Origin: Patescibacteria group bacterium
GTDB taxonomy: Bacteria; Patescibacteriota; Patescibacteriia; 2-12-FULL-57-11
Length of the DNA: 58,579 nt
Assembly (NCBI GenBank): GCA_004299275.1
Contig: SCSU01000061.1
Coordinates: forward strand, 1-58,579
Direction: 5' to 3'
Shown: one piece after another, positions 5,995 through 13,967 of the stretch
Layout of the letters: each line of letters starts with the position of its first letter
How positions within the stretch are numbered: position 1 is the first letter of the stretch
Position numbers and translations under genes: made by a program
Notes under the pieces: generated by a model
The model's database searches: none
The model's input: only the letters and a program-made list of their open reading frames with translations
Told to the model about the DNA's origin: nothing

Positions 5995-8892
5995 CTAAAC
6001 CTTCTCCAGTCCAATCCAAGCTGTCTCGCCTTGGATTTGCACCTCCGTCGTGTACGGCAGATCGGCGCGGCCGGTCGTTACAGTTTTGGCGCGGACGGCT
6101 TGGCCAAGTTCGGTCTCGACTTTTTTAAATTCGGCGGCAGGCTCGCCAGAAGTTTCGTAAGAGAGATGGATGAAGTCGCTCACGGTGAGTCCGGCACTTT
6201 TTCGGAGCGCCTGGATATGGCGAATCAGCTCGCGCAGAGCGCCGGCGCGTTTGAGTTCCGGCGTTAAAGCCGTATCGAGCGTCACGGAGATTTCCCCGCT
6301 CTTTTTTTGTTCAACGGCGAGAACATTCAGTTCATCGCGGATAATCTCGGCAATTTCATCCGTAAAGGGCGCGCCGGTGAGCACGGCTTTCGCGAGCGGC
6401 TGGCGAGTTGGCATTTTGGCCGCCGACCGCTGTTCCAAGCCGAGCGAGACCACCACCCGCGCTCGCGCCATTTCTTCCAAGAGCTTTTTATCCGACATCT
6501 TTTTTTCAAGTTTGGGCCAATTTTCGAGATGCACTGACTCCATGGAACCTTGGAGTTCGCGGTAAAGCGCCTCGGCGGTAAAGGGCGCGAATGGCGCCAG
6601 CAGTTTGGAAAATTGAAGCAGTGCAAAATGGAGCGTGGCGCTGGCTTGTTTCCCCCCCGCGCCCTTGAACCGCTCGCGGCTGCGGCGGACATACCAAGTG
6701 GAAAGGTCAGTCACAAAGTCAGCGAGCGCTCGCGCCGGCTCGGTGACGCGATATGCTTCGAGGTCGGCTGTGACTTTTTCCGCGAGTTCTGAGAGACGCG
6801 CGAGAATCCAGCGGTCGAGAATGTGACGCGAGGGGATAGTGGATAGTGGATAGTGGATAGAACTGTAAGTTTTGTAGAAGGCGAGCACGTTCCAGAGAAT
6901 CAGGAAAAATTTGCGCTGGAGTTCGGCCAAGTCCTTTTCGTCAAAACGTTTGGCGTCGCCGGGCTGGTTGACCGAGTACATATAGAGCCGCAGGCAGTCG
7001 GCGCCGTATTTCTCAATCATCTGCCAGGGGTCAACCACATTACCTTTGGATTTGGACATTTTTTGCCCCTTGGCATCGAGGAGGTGTCCAAGCGAAATCA
7101 CATTTTTGTAGGGCGCGTCTTTGCCGAGGAGCGCGGCAACGGCGAGCAGGGTATAAAACCAGCCGCGGGTTTGGTCAATCGCCTCGCTGATGTAGTCGGC
7201 GGGAAAAGCTTCGCCGCCATCCACCCGTTTTTTGTTTTCAAACGGATAGTGCCACTCCGCAAAAGGCATGGCGCCGGAATCAAACCAGACGTCAGCGACC
7301 TCTTTGACCCGGCTCATCCAGGCGCCGCATTTTTGGCAGTGGATTTTTAGGGCGTCCACAAAAGGCCGATGGAGGTCAACCGCGCCGCTGTTTTTTGGCA
7401 ACTCGCCGGTCAGTTTTTCCAGTTCTTCAAGCGAGCCGACGCAGAGGCGGTGCTCGCATTTCTCGCATTCCCAAATCGGGAGCGGCGTGCCCCAGTAGCG
7501 CTCGCGGGAAAAAGCCCAGTCCTTGACCGAACGGAGCCACTCGCCAAAGCGGCCTTCCTTTATATATTCCGGCACCCAGTTGATTTGAGCATTGGCGCGA
7601 AGCAGTTTTTCCTGCAGCGCGGTCATCCTAATCCACCACGATTCCTTAGCGTAGTAGAGGAGCGGCGTCCCGCAGCGCCAGCAAAAGGGATAGTCGTGCG
7701 TGTAATCGTAGCTCGCATAGAGCGCGCCGTTTTTTTTCAGACTGGCGATGATTGCCGGATCGGCATCCTTGACGAACTCACCGGCCCAAGGCGTGATCTC
7801 AGGGAGAAACCGGCCATCAGGGTCAACAGTCATCAGCACCGGCAGGTTGTTTCCACGGCCGACGTTGAGGTCATCTTCGCCAAAAGCCGGCGCGATATGG
7901 ACAATGCCCGTGCCTTCTTCGACCGAGACAAAGCTTCCGGCAATCAGCCGGTAAGCGGGCCGGTCGGGTTTAACAAAGGTAAAAAGCGGTTCGTAGCTGA
8001 GGCCAGCGAGCTCGCGGCCCATAACCGAGAAAAGGGTTTTTGAATCGGGGGGGAGGACTTTCTCGGCCAGCGCTTCGGCGACAATCAAAGTTTCTTCGCC
8101 GTTTTTTGCCAGCCGGTAGGTGATGTTCGGCCCGACAGCCAGCGCGACATTGGCCGGGAGTGTCCAAGGGGTCGTGGTCCAAACCAGAAAAAAAGTTTGG
8201 TCGTCGGTCACAATTTCTTTCCCTGACCCTGATTTGATTTTTTGCCCGGCCGCGGCGCGCAGTTTAACGATGACCGACGGCTCGGTGACTTCTTTATAAC
8301 CTAGCGCCACCTCGTGGGAGGAGAGCGCGGTGCCGCAACGGGGGCAATAGGGGACAATTTTGTAGTCTTTGTAGAGCAGTCCTTGGTCCCAGACTTGTTT
8401 GATAATCCACCAAAGCGATTCAATGTAAGGCGTCTCGTAGGTGATGTAGGGGTGCTCCAAGTCCAGCCAAAAACCGATGCGCCTGGTTATTTTGTTCCAA
8501 TCTTCAAGATAAGACCAAACGCTTTTTTTGCATTCGGCGTTGAAAAAGGCGATGGACTCGGCTGGGGTCGCTTTGAGCGATTCAATTTGTTTTTTCCCCG
8601 AGATGCCCAGAGCTTTTTCCACGCCGAGCTCGACCGGCAGGCCGTGGGTGTCCCAGCCGGCTTTGCGTTCCACGCGCCAGCCGGCCATGGTCTTGTAGCG
8701 CGGGAAGAGGTCTTTGAAGGCGCGGGCCTCAACGTGGTGGATGCCCGGCCGTCCGTTCGCGGTCGGCGGGCCCTCAAAAAACACAAAATTGCCGCGGGGA
8801 GATTTTTTTTCCAGCGTTTTTCCAAAAATTTTTTTCTCTTCCCAGAAACGAAGGATTTGTTCTTCCAATTCGGGAAAATTAGGGGCGGGCAT
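5995..8892 (-). CDS. ileS: isoleucine--tRNA ligase
   Basis: 965 aa. PTANGRPGIHH (HIGH-like), KMSKSKGN, class Ia editing and anticodon-binding regions. Confidence 0.95.
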   Translation of the reverse strand: MPAPNFPELEEQILRFWEEKKIFGKTLEKKSPRGNFVFFEGPPTANGRPGIHHVEARAFKDLFPRYKTMAGWRVERKAGWDTHGLPVELGVEKALGISGKKQIESLKATPAESIAFFNAECKKSVWSYLEDWNKITRRIGFWLDLEHPYITYETPYIESLWWIIKQVWDQGLLYKDYKIVPYCPRCGTALSSHEVALGYKEVTEPSVIVKLRAAAGQKIKSGSGKEIVTDDQTFFLVWTTTPWTLPANVALAVGPNITYRLAKNGEETLIVAEALAEKVLPPDSKTLFSVMGRELAGLSYEPLFTFVKPDRPAYRLIAGSFVSVEEGTGIVHIAPAFGEDDLNVGRGNNLPVLMTVDPDGRFLPEITPWAGEFVKDADPAIIASLKKNGALYASYDYTHDYPFCWRCGTPLLYYAKESWWIRMTALQEKLLRANAQINWVPEYIKEGRFGEWLRSVKDWAFSRERYWGTPLPIWECEKCEHRLCVGSLEELEKLTGELPKNSGAVDLHRPFVDALKIHCQKCGAWMSRVKEVADVWFDSGAMPFAEWHYPFENKKRVDGGEAFPADYISEAIDQTRGWFYTLLAVAALLGKDAPYKNVISLGHLLDAKGQKMSKSKGNVVDPWQMIEKYGADCLRLYMYSVNQPGDAKRFDEKDLAELQRKFFLILWNVLAFYKTYSSIHYPLSTIPSRHILDRWILARLSELAEKVTADLEAYRVTEPARALADFVTDLSTWYVRRSRERFKGAGGKQASATLHFALLQFSKLLAPFAPFTAEALYRELQGSMESVHLENWPKLEKKMSDKKLLEEMARARVVVSLGLEQRSAAKMPTRQPLAKAVLTGAPFTDEIAEIIRDELNVLAVEQKKSGEISVTLDTALTPELKRAGALRELIRHIQALRKSAGLTVSDFIHLSYETSGEPAAEFKKVETELGQAVRAKTVTTGRADLPYTTEVQIQGETAWIGLEKV
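6834..6860. repeat. heptamer tandem array (GGATAGT)x~4 inside the ileS coding sequence, in frame
   Basis: Direct reading. Encodes IHYPLSTIP just before the conserved ILDRWIL. Confidence 0.9.
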
Positions 8893-8914
8893 ACCCGGCA
8901 GTAGAATTTGTTAG

Positions 8915-8960
8915 CACGGACCTTGAAGGTCCGTTTTCACAGACCTTCAAGGTCCGTGTC
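8915..8960. repeat. GACCTTGAAGGTC double-palindrome module (family C, copy 1 of 3) in the ileS 5' leader
   Basis: CACGGACCTTGAAGGTCCGTTTTCACAGACCTTCAAGGTCCGTGTC. Near-identical copies lie at 13007 and 49134. Confidence 0.85.
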
Positions 8961-8971
8961 CAGCTTGGAAA

Positions 8972-8980
8972 AGTATACCA
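8972..8980 (-). promoter_or_regulatory. extended -10 promoter-like element TGGTATACT upstream of the ileS leader
   Basis: Sequence match only. Confidence 0.3.
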
Positions 8981-9073
8981 GTGAAGCGCTGGTTGGCAAT
9001 GTGCTTCCTGACGGGCCTGATTGTTTGACAGCCGCGTTTTTATCTGTTGAGCTGACGGCGAAGGCAGGAGGAA

Positions 9074-9499
9074 ATGGAGGATTATCAGCTGGAAAAACAG
9101 ATGGCGGTGGCGATTTACTCGTTTCTCTTCGCCGAGGCTCAAGCGCGCCTGCGCCGTCTTCAGGAAATCGTGAACGATTGGGGGATGAATCAACCGCCGC
9201 TCGAAAAAAATGGCGTGGAGCGCGTGCCGGCCGCGAGTCGGGTCCCGCGCGAGATCTGGGTCGAAATTAAACTCCTCGAACAGGAGTGGCAGGAGCTTGC
9301 GGCGGCAGCTCGGGCATTGACCGAACAGGACAGCCGTGAGTACTACCGGGTCGCCGACGCGCTGGCCAAACTCCGGGCGAGTTTGGAGGTATCAGACACG
9401 CTGGTTTGGGCAATTCGTTCAGCTATCGCCAATCGCGGCGTAATCGCCTCGCGTCTCGCCTTTTGGGAGAGAGAACTGCGCCGAGCACAGACGCCCTGA
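9074..9499 (+). CDS. hypothetical protein, 141 aa
   Basis: AGGAGG lies 3 nt upstream of the ATG. The ORF is co-directional with downstream rpiB. No family recognised. Confidence 0.55.
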   Translation: MEDYQLEKQMAVAIYSFLFAEAQARLRRLQEIVNDWGMNQPPLEKNGVERVPAASRVPREIWVEIKLLEQEWQELAAAARALTEQDSREYYRVADALAKLRASLEVSDTLVWAIRSAIANRGVIASRLAFWERELRRAQTP

Positions 9500-9534
9500 A
9501 AAGCGTCTTTTTTTAATTTTGATATAATGTCTCC

Positions 9535-9987
9535 ATGAAAAGGACAATAGTTTATATCGGCGCGGATCACGCCGGCTTCCGGCTGAAGCAGCAGCTTTTG
9601 GCGTATTTGCGGCAGCTTAAGTTTAGAGTGGTGGACCTCGGAGCAAAAAAGCTTATTCCCGGCGATGATTATCCGGATTATGCCTTTGCCGTGGCGCGTG
9701 AGGTCGGCCGCGGCCGCGGCTCGGGGGTGCTTATCTGCGGCTCGGCGCAAGGGGTCTGCATCGCCGCCAACAAAGTGCGGCGGATTAGGGCTGTCGCCGC
9801 CGCCACCGTCCGCGACGTTAAACTTTCCCGCGAACACAATGACGCCAATGTTCTCTGTCTTTCCGGCTGGAGCACGCCGCTCCCCCGGGCGCGGCAGCTC
9901 TTGCGGGCTTTCCTCAACACGCCGTTCTCCGGCGCGCCGCGCCACATCCGCCGAATTAAAAAAATCAGTAAGCTGGAGGTAAGGTAA
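9535..9987 (+). CDS. rpiB: ribose-5-phosphate isomerase B
   Basis: IGADHAGFRLK...VLICGSAQGVCIAANKV...REHNDANVLCLSG, the RpiB/LacAB signature. Confidence 0.9.
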   Translation: MKRTIVYIGADHAGFRLKQQLLAYLRQLKFRVVDLGAKKLIPGDDYPDYAFAVAREVGRGRGSGVLICGSAQGVCIAANKVRRIRAVAAATVRDVKLSREHNDANVLCLSGWSTPLPRARQLLRAFLNTPFSGAPRHIRRIKKISKLEVR

Positions 9988-9991
9988 TCTT

Positions 9992-10627
9992 GTGACAGAA
10001 ATTATCCCCGCCATTTTGGCTTATTCGGAAAAAGAGTTTGACGACAAGGTCAAACAAATTGGAGCGCGAGCGTCAACAATTCAGATTGATGTCATGGACG
10101 GATTGTTTGTGCCTAACCGCACTTGGGCCGATCCGGCGGCTGTCGCCAAGATGCGTCTCCCTTACACCATCGAAGCCCATCTAATGGTCGCTGATCCGCT
10201 TCCCGCGGCGCAGGCTTGGGTGGCGGCTGGGGCTCAGCGGATTTTTGTTCACGCCGAAGCCGAGGGCTGGCGAGCGGCGGTCCAGGCCGCGCGCGAAGAG
10301 GAGCGGGAGGGCGGCGTAGCCGTCAATCCAAACACGCCACTTTCGGCGATTGAAGAAGTCATCAACGAGCTGGACGCGGTGCTCGTCATGGGGGTTAACC
10401 CCGGCTGGAGCGGACAGCCCTTCGAACGCCTTGCCATCGCCCGCGTCGCCGAGTTACGATCGAGGTATCCTCGGCTCCGGATCGAGGTTGACGGCGGAGT
10501 CAACGAATCAAATGCCCGCGAGCTCGCCGCGGCCGGAGCTGACGGACTCGTCGCCGCTTCCGCCCTTTTTTCCGCCAAAAATTTCGAAGAATCATTTAAA
10601 GCCCTTAGCCGGGCCGCAAACTCATGA
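9992..10627 (+). CDS. rpe: ribulose-phosphate 3-epimerase
   Basis: GTG start. IQIDVMDGLFVPN, HLMV, VMGVNPGWSGQ and EVDGGVN motifs. Confidence 0.85.
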   Translation: MTEIIPAILAYSEKEFDDKVKQIGARASTIQIDVMDGLFVPNRTWADPAAVAKMRLPYTIEAHLMVADPLPAAQAWVAAGAQRIFVHAEAEGWRAAVQAAREEEREGGVAVNPNTPLSAIEEVINELDAVLVMGVNPGWSGQPFERLAIARVAELRSRYPRLRIEVDGGVNESNARELAAAGADGLVAASALFSAKNFEESFKALSRAANS

Positions 10628-11445
10628 AGCCAAAACATTTTTTTCTGACTGCCGTTGCGGCAATTTTTTTTGCCGCCGCTTTTAGTGCCCTGAGCGTTCA
10701 GGCCGCGACCATAACCGCGGGGAGCCTGATCAAGGGCACGAGCTTCTCTTCCGTTTATTATTATTCGTCAAACGGCAAGCGCTACGTCTTCCCTAACGAG
10801 AAAACTTACAAGACTTGGTATTCGGATTTCTCCGGCGTCGTCACCATTCCGGATACCCAGCTCTCGGTCATACCGATTGGCGGCAACGTGACCTATCGTC
10901 CGGGCGTGAAGATGGTAAAAATCACTACGGCTCCGCGAGTCTATACCGTGGCCAAGGGCGGCGTGCTCCGCTGGGTGACGCAGGAGTCAATCGCCTCGGC
11001 CTATTACGGCGCCGACTGGAATAAAAAAATTGACGACATTCCTGATGCTTTTTTCACCAACTATACCGAAGGCGCGATGATTTCCGCTTCCGCCGACTAC
11101 AACCCCATCACCGAGACCACCGTCGCCACCACGATTGATGTTGACAAAGGAATAAGTCAGCCGACGGTTCAACCAAAAACCGTGGACGTAACCTACACCC
11201 TGACTGGTTTCAATCCTCAAGCAGTCACAATCAACAAAGGCGATACAATCCGCTGGACCAACAACACCACCGGCGCACTAGAGCTCCGCTCCAATCCTCA
11301 TCCGGCGCATACTGACAATCCGGCATTCTCCGGTAATGCGGTTTCCGGCGGCCAATATTCGCAAACCTTCAGCCTAGCTGTCAGTTTTGGTTATCATAAT
11401 CACGTCTCGCCGGGCAATACCGGAACAATCACCGTCAATCCTTAA
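10624..11445 (+). CDS. secreted protein with C-terminal cupredoxin-like domain
   Basis: N-terminal signal peptide (..ALSVQAA). The C-terminal block VTINKGDTIRWTNN...HNHVSPGNTGTITV looks cupredoxin-like. ATGA overlap with the rpe stop. Confidence 0.65.
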   Translation: MKPKHFFLTAVAAIFFAAAFSALSVQAATITAGSLIKGTSFSSVYYYSSNGKRYVFPNEKTYKTWYSDFSGVVTIPDTQLSVIPIGGNVTYRPGVKMVKITTAPRVYTVAKGGVLRWVTQESIASAYYGADWNKKIDDIPDAFFTNYTEGAMISASADYNPITETTVATTIDVDKGISQPTVQPKTVDVTYTLTGFNPQAVTINKGDTIRWTNNTTGALELRSNPHPAHTDNPAFSGNAVSGGQYSQTFSLAVSFGYHNHVSPGNTGTITVNP

Positions 11446-11475
11446 GGGCTAAGTACTAACCTTTAATTCAATTAT

Positions 11476-11691
11476 ATGCGCAACGAAAACTACAACTTAC
11501 TCAAGCTCCTGCATAATTCTTTAGATGACCAGTGGCGTTTGGAGAAGCACTATTTAAAGGACGCCAAAAAATGCGGCTGTAAAAGCTGCTCGATGCTTCT
11601 TGGTAAGCTGCGTAACCAGCTCACCGTCAATATTGCCGCCCTGCAAAAGGAACTGGCGATGCACATGGGGAAGAAGGGCAAATTGTCCTAG
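11476..11691 (+). CDS. hypothetical small protein, 71 aa
   Basis: ORF only. Lower GC than the surroundings and ends 9 nt before the IS left end. Confidence 0.4.
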   Translation: MRNENYNLLKLLHNSLDDQWRLEKHYLKDAKKCGCKSCSMLLGKLRNQLTVNIAALQKELAMHMGKKGKLS

Positions 11692-11700
11692 GCGGGATTC

Positions 11701-12980
11701 CAAGACCCGATCTCCATTGCGCATTAGATAAAAATAAAGTGTTACCGTAGTCGTGTTGGTATTTTGAAAAGTTTTTTAAGAATCGAGTCGCATTTTTGTT
11801 TGAGTACAATCGGGTTCAGTGTAGCATATTTCTGACGCAATCTTTCTTTTGTTTCAGGGTCAATATCCGGATGAGCCAGTACCCGCTGATATACTGTCTG
11901 CGCCGTATCGTACTTGCGCACTTTTCTGGAAAGAATCCGTACTTTCTCAATGCACTTCAAAGACGGAATGAAAAAGTTAATGTAATCTTCCAAAACATCA
12001 TAAAGTTCGTTTAAAATTGCGGCGTGTCGCAGATCGTTAAATCTAGTGTAACCCACGATATGTCTCACATTGGCGTAGTTCTTCTGTTCGATCCTCGCAT
12101 GGTCGTTTTTCATGTAAGGACGGGTGCGGGTCATCTTAATTTTCCGTTCATCGCACCACCCCTTAAGATGCCAATTGATGAATTCTCCTCCGGAATCCGG
12201 ATCAATGCCGCGTAACGGAAAGGGTAAACGTCTTTCAATTCGCTCAATACTGCGCACGGTTTCCATTTCTCCTTTGTTCCACTGCGCCGCCAGCATCGTC
12301 CAGATAGTTGCGACGTCCGTATACTGCACTGTATAGCAAAAATCGCCTGAAATCGTGTATCCGCAATGAGCCACAGTGTCCACCTCGCCCCACCCCGGAG
12401 GAGGATTCTCCCAAGGACCTCTTCGTACCGGAATGATTTCTTTAAGATTGGATGGTTTGGTTGCGCCTCGTCCGCCGCGACGTCTGATGTTCTCAAAATT
12501 AGCAATGCGGTTCTTAATGGTGCCGAGACTCGCCTGAAGCAAGAGACCGGTCGTTTCCTCAGCGTGCTTCCACATCCCGTCTCTCTTCAAAATTCTGATA
12601 TATTCTGGAATTGCCGGGTGCAGACGTTCGGCGCAGATGCGATTGGCGGCTGCCCATATCTCCTTAAGAGCCGCCGCAGTTCGGTGGTCATAGACCTTCT
12701 TCCTCCCGCGGCGTTCTTCGTAGGAGCTAGGGCGAAGATGAAACGTTCGGAACCTCCGGATGGCCGATTTTCGGAATACCTTCGTGATACTACAGACCGC
12801 GTCAAGGATTCGACCCTTTCCTGCTTTATCTGCGGTTAGATACTCCCGCAGTTTTTCCTTAAAAATCTCCTGTTTGGTAGCCATATTCATATACGGCTAC
12901 GGTAACAGGAATTATTATCTAACCGCTCCTGTCTCGGTAACAGTTATTTTTATCTAAAGCGCATTGGAGATCGGGTCTTG
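11701..12980 (-). mobile_element. insertion sequence, ~1,280 bp, ~48-bp imperfect terminal inverted repeats
   Basis: Left end: CAAGACCCGATCTCCATTGCGCATTAGATAAAAATAAAGTGTTACCGTAG. Reverse complement of right end: CAAGACCCGATCTCCAATGCGCTTTAGATAAAAATAACTGTTACCGAG. Single transposase ORF and lower GC. Confidence 0.85.
11742..12890 (-). CDS. DDE (rve/integrase-core type) transposase
   Basis: 382 aa. Candidate catalytic triad in GEVDTVAH ... GIDPDSGGEF ... HARIEQKN. IS family not assigned. Confidence 0.8.
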   Translation of the reverse strand: MNMATKQEIFKEKLREYLTADKAGKGRILDAVCSITKVFRKSAIRRFRTFHLRPSSYEERRGRKKVYDHRTAAALKEIWAAANRICAERLHPAIPEYIRILKRDGMWKHAEETTGLLLQASLGTIKNRIANFENIRRRGGRGATKPSNLKEIIPVRRGPWENPPPGWGEVDTVAHCGYTISGDFCYTVQYTDVATIWTMLAAQWNKGEMETVRSIERIERRLPFPLRGIDPDSGGEFINWHLKGWCDERKIKMTRTRPYMKNDHARIEQKNYANVRHIVGYTRFNDLRHAAILNELYDVLEDYINFFIPSLKCIEKVRILSRKVRKYDTAQTVYQRVLAHPDIDPETKERLRQKYATLNPIVLKQKCDSILKKLFKIPTRLR

Positions 12981-12987
12981 TTATTTG

Positions 12988-12996
12988 TGGTATGAT
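12988..12996 (+). promoter_or_regulatory. extended -10 promoter-like element TGGTATGAT, 8 nt from the IS right end
   Basis: Sequence match only. Precedes the tkt leader module. Confidence 0.3.
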
Positions 12997-13006
12997 AAAG
13001 ATAAGA

Positions 13007-13050
13007 ACAGACCTTGAAGGTCTGTAAAAACGGACCTTCAAGGTCTGTGC
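13007..13050. repeat. GACCTTGAAGGTC double-palindrome module (family C, copy 2 of 3) in the tkt 5' leader
   Basis: ACAGACCTTGAAGGTCTGTAAAAACGGACCTTCAAGGTCTGTGC. Confidence 0.85.
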
Positions 13051-13073
13051 TCGCGATCTATTACCTACCGAGT

Positions 13074-13961
13074 ATGCCCCAAGTTACGCGCCAGCCGGAA
13101 CATCTCCACGACAAAAAATTGAAACAGCTCGAGGAGCGGGCGATGAAAATCCGCGAGGATATTATTGCCATGCTGACCGAAGCCGGGAGTGGCCATTCTG
13201 CCGGACCGCTGGGTATGGCCGATATTTTTACCGCGCTCTACTTCCACGTTCTTGTCCACGACCCGAAAAAACCGGACTGGCCCGAGCGCGACATCTTGCT
13301 CCTCTCAAACGGCCACATTTGTCCGGTGCGCTACGTAGCCATGGCTCATGCCGGTTACATCCCGAAGCGCGAGCTGATGACTCTGCGCAAATTCGGCTCG
13401 CGTCTCCAGGGGCATCCCGAGCGCGTTCGCTGGCCGGCACTTGAATCCACCTCCGGCCCCTTGGGTTCCGGGCTCCCCATTGGCGCCGGCATGGCCTACG
13501 CCTATAAGTATTTGGATAATAAACCCAACCGTGTTTTTGTGATTTCAAGCGACGGCGAGCTTGAGGCCGGGGTCAACTGGGAGGCGGCGCTTTTCGCGGC
13601 GCGCAACCGTCTGCATAATCTGACTTGGATTATTGACCGCAACAACATCCAGATTGACGGCTATACCGAGGACATCATGCCGCTCGAATCGCTCACGGAA
13701 AAATTTATGGCTTTCAATTTTCATGTATTGGAGATTGACGGACACAACATCCGCGAGTTCGTGGACGCGGTGGAGGAGGCCCGCGCGGTCTGGGAAAAGC
13801 CGACAGTGATTATCGCCCACACCATCCCCGGCCGGGGCGTGGATTTTATGGAGTTCGAGCCCTATTGGCACGGCGTGCCGCCCAAGCGCGGCGAGGAGGC
13901 GGAAAAGTCGCTGGCCGCGCTCCGGACGCTCGGGGGACGGATTGTGAGTGAGCATGAGTGA
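13074..13961 (+). CDS. transketolase, N-terminal (TPP/PP-domain) subunit
   Basis: MPQVTRQ...SGHSAGPLGMADIFTALYF...SSDGELEAGVNWEA. Start moved from 13014 to ATG 13074 because the upstream part is the repeat module. Confidence 0.85.
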   Translation: MPQVTRQPEHLHDKKLKQLEERAMKIREDIIAMLTEAGSGHSAGPLGMADIFTALYFHVLVHDPKKPDWPERDILLLSNGHICPVRYVAMAHAGYIPKRELMTLRKFGSRLQGHPERVRWPALESTSGPLGSGLPIGAGMAYAYKYLDNKPNRVFVISSDGELEAGVNWEAALFAARNRLHNLTWIIDRNNIQIDGYTEDIMPLESLTEKFMAFNFHVLEIDGHNIREFVDAVEEARAVWEKPTVIIAHTIPGRGVDFMEFEPYWHGVPPKRGEEAEKSLAALRTLGGRIVSEHE

Positions 13962-13967
13962 AGACGT

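Noticed and set aside
8963-8983. Plus-strand GTATACCAGTGAAGCGCTGG as a degenerate 5' arm of a second, divergently oriented uORF cassette
   Set aside because: It matches the arm at only about 13 of 20 positions, with gaps. It is better explained as the reverse complement of the ileS extended -10-like element TGGTATACT. No uORF homologue follows it.
9343-10014. 223-aa minus-strand ORF
   Set aside because: It is antisense to rpiB and the 141-aa ORF. It has no motif and an Arg/Ala-rich composition.
13014-13073. 5' extensions of track ORFs: tkt from 13014, rsmA from 49050, ruvA to 3639, groES from 42202, the dehydrogenase from 18730
   Set aside because: The extensions translate repeat modules, REP hairpins, CIRCE or heptamer arrays. 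The conserved N-termini begin at the internal ATGs given in the feature list.
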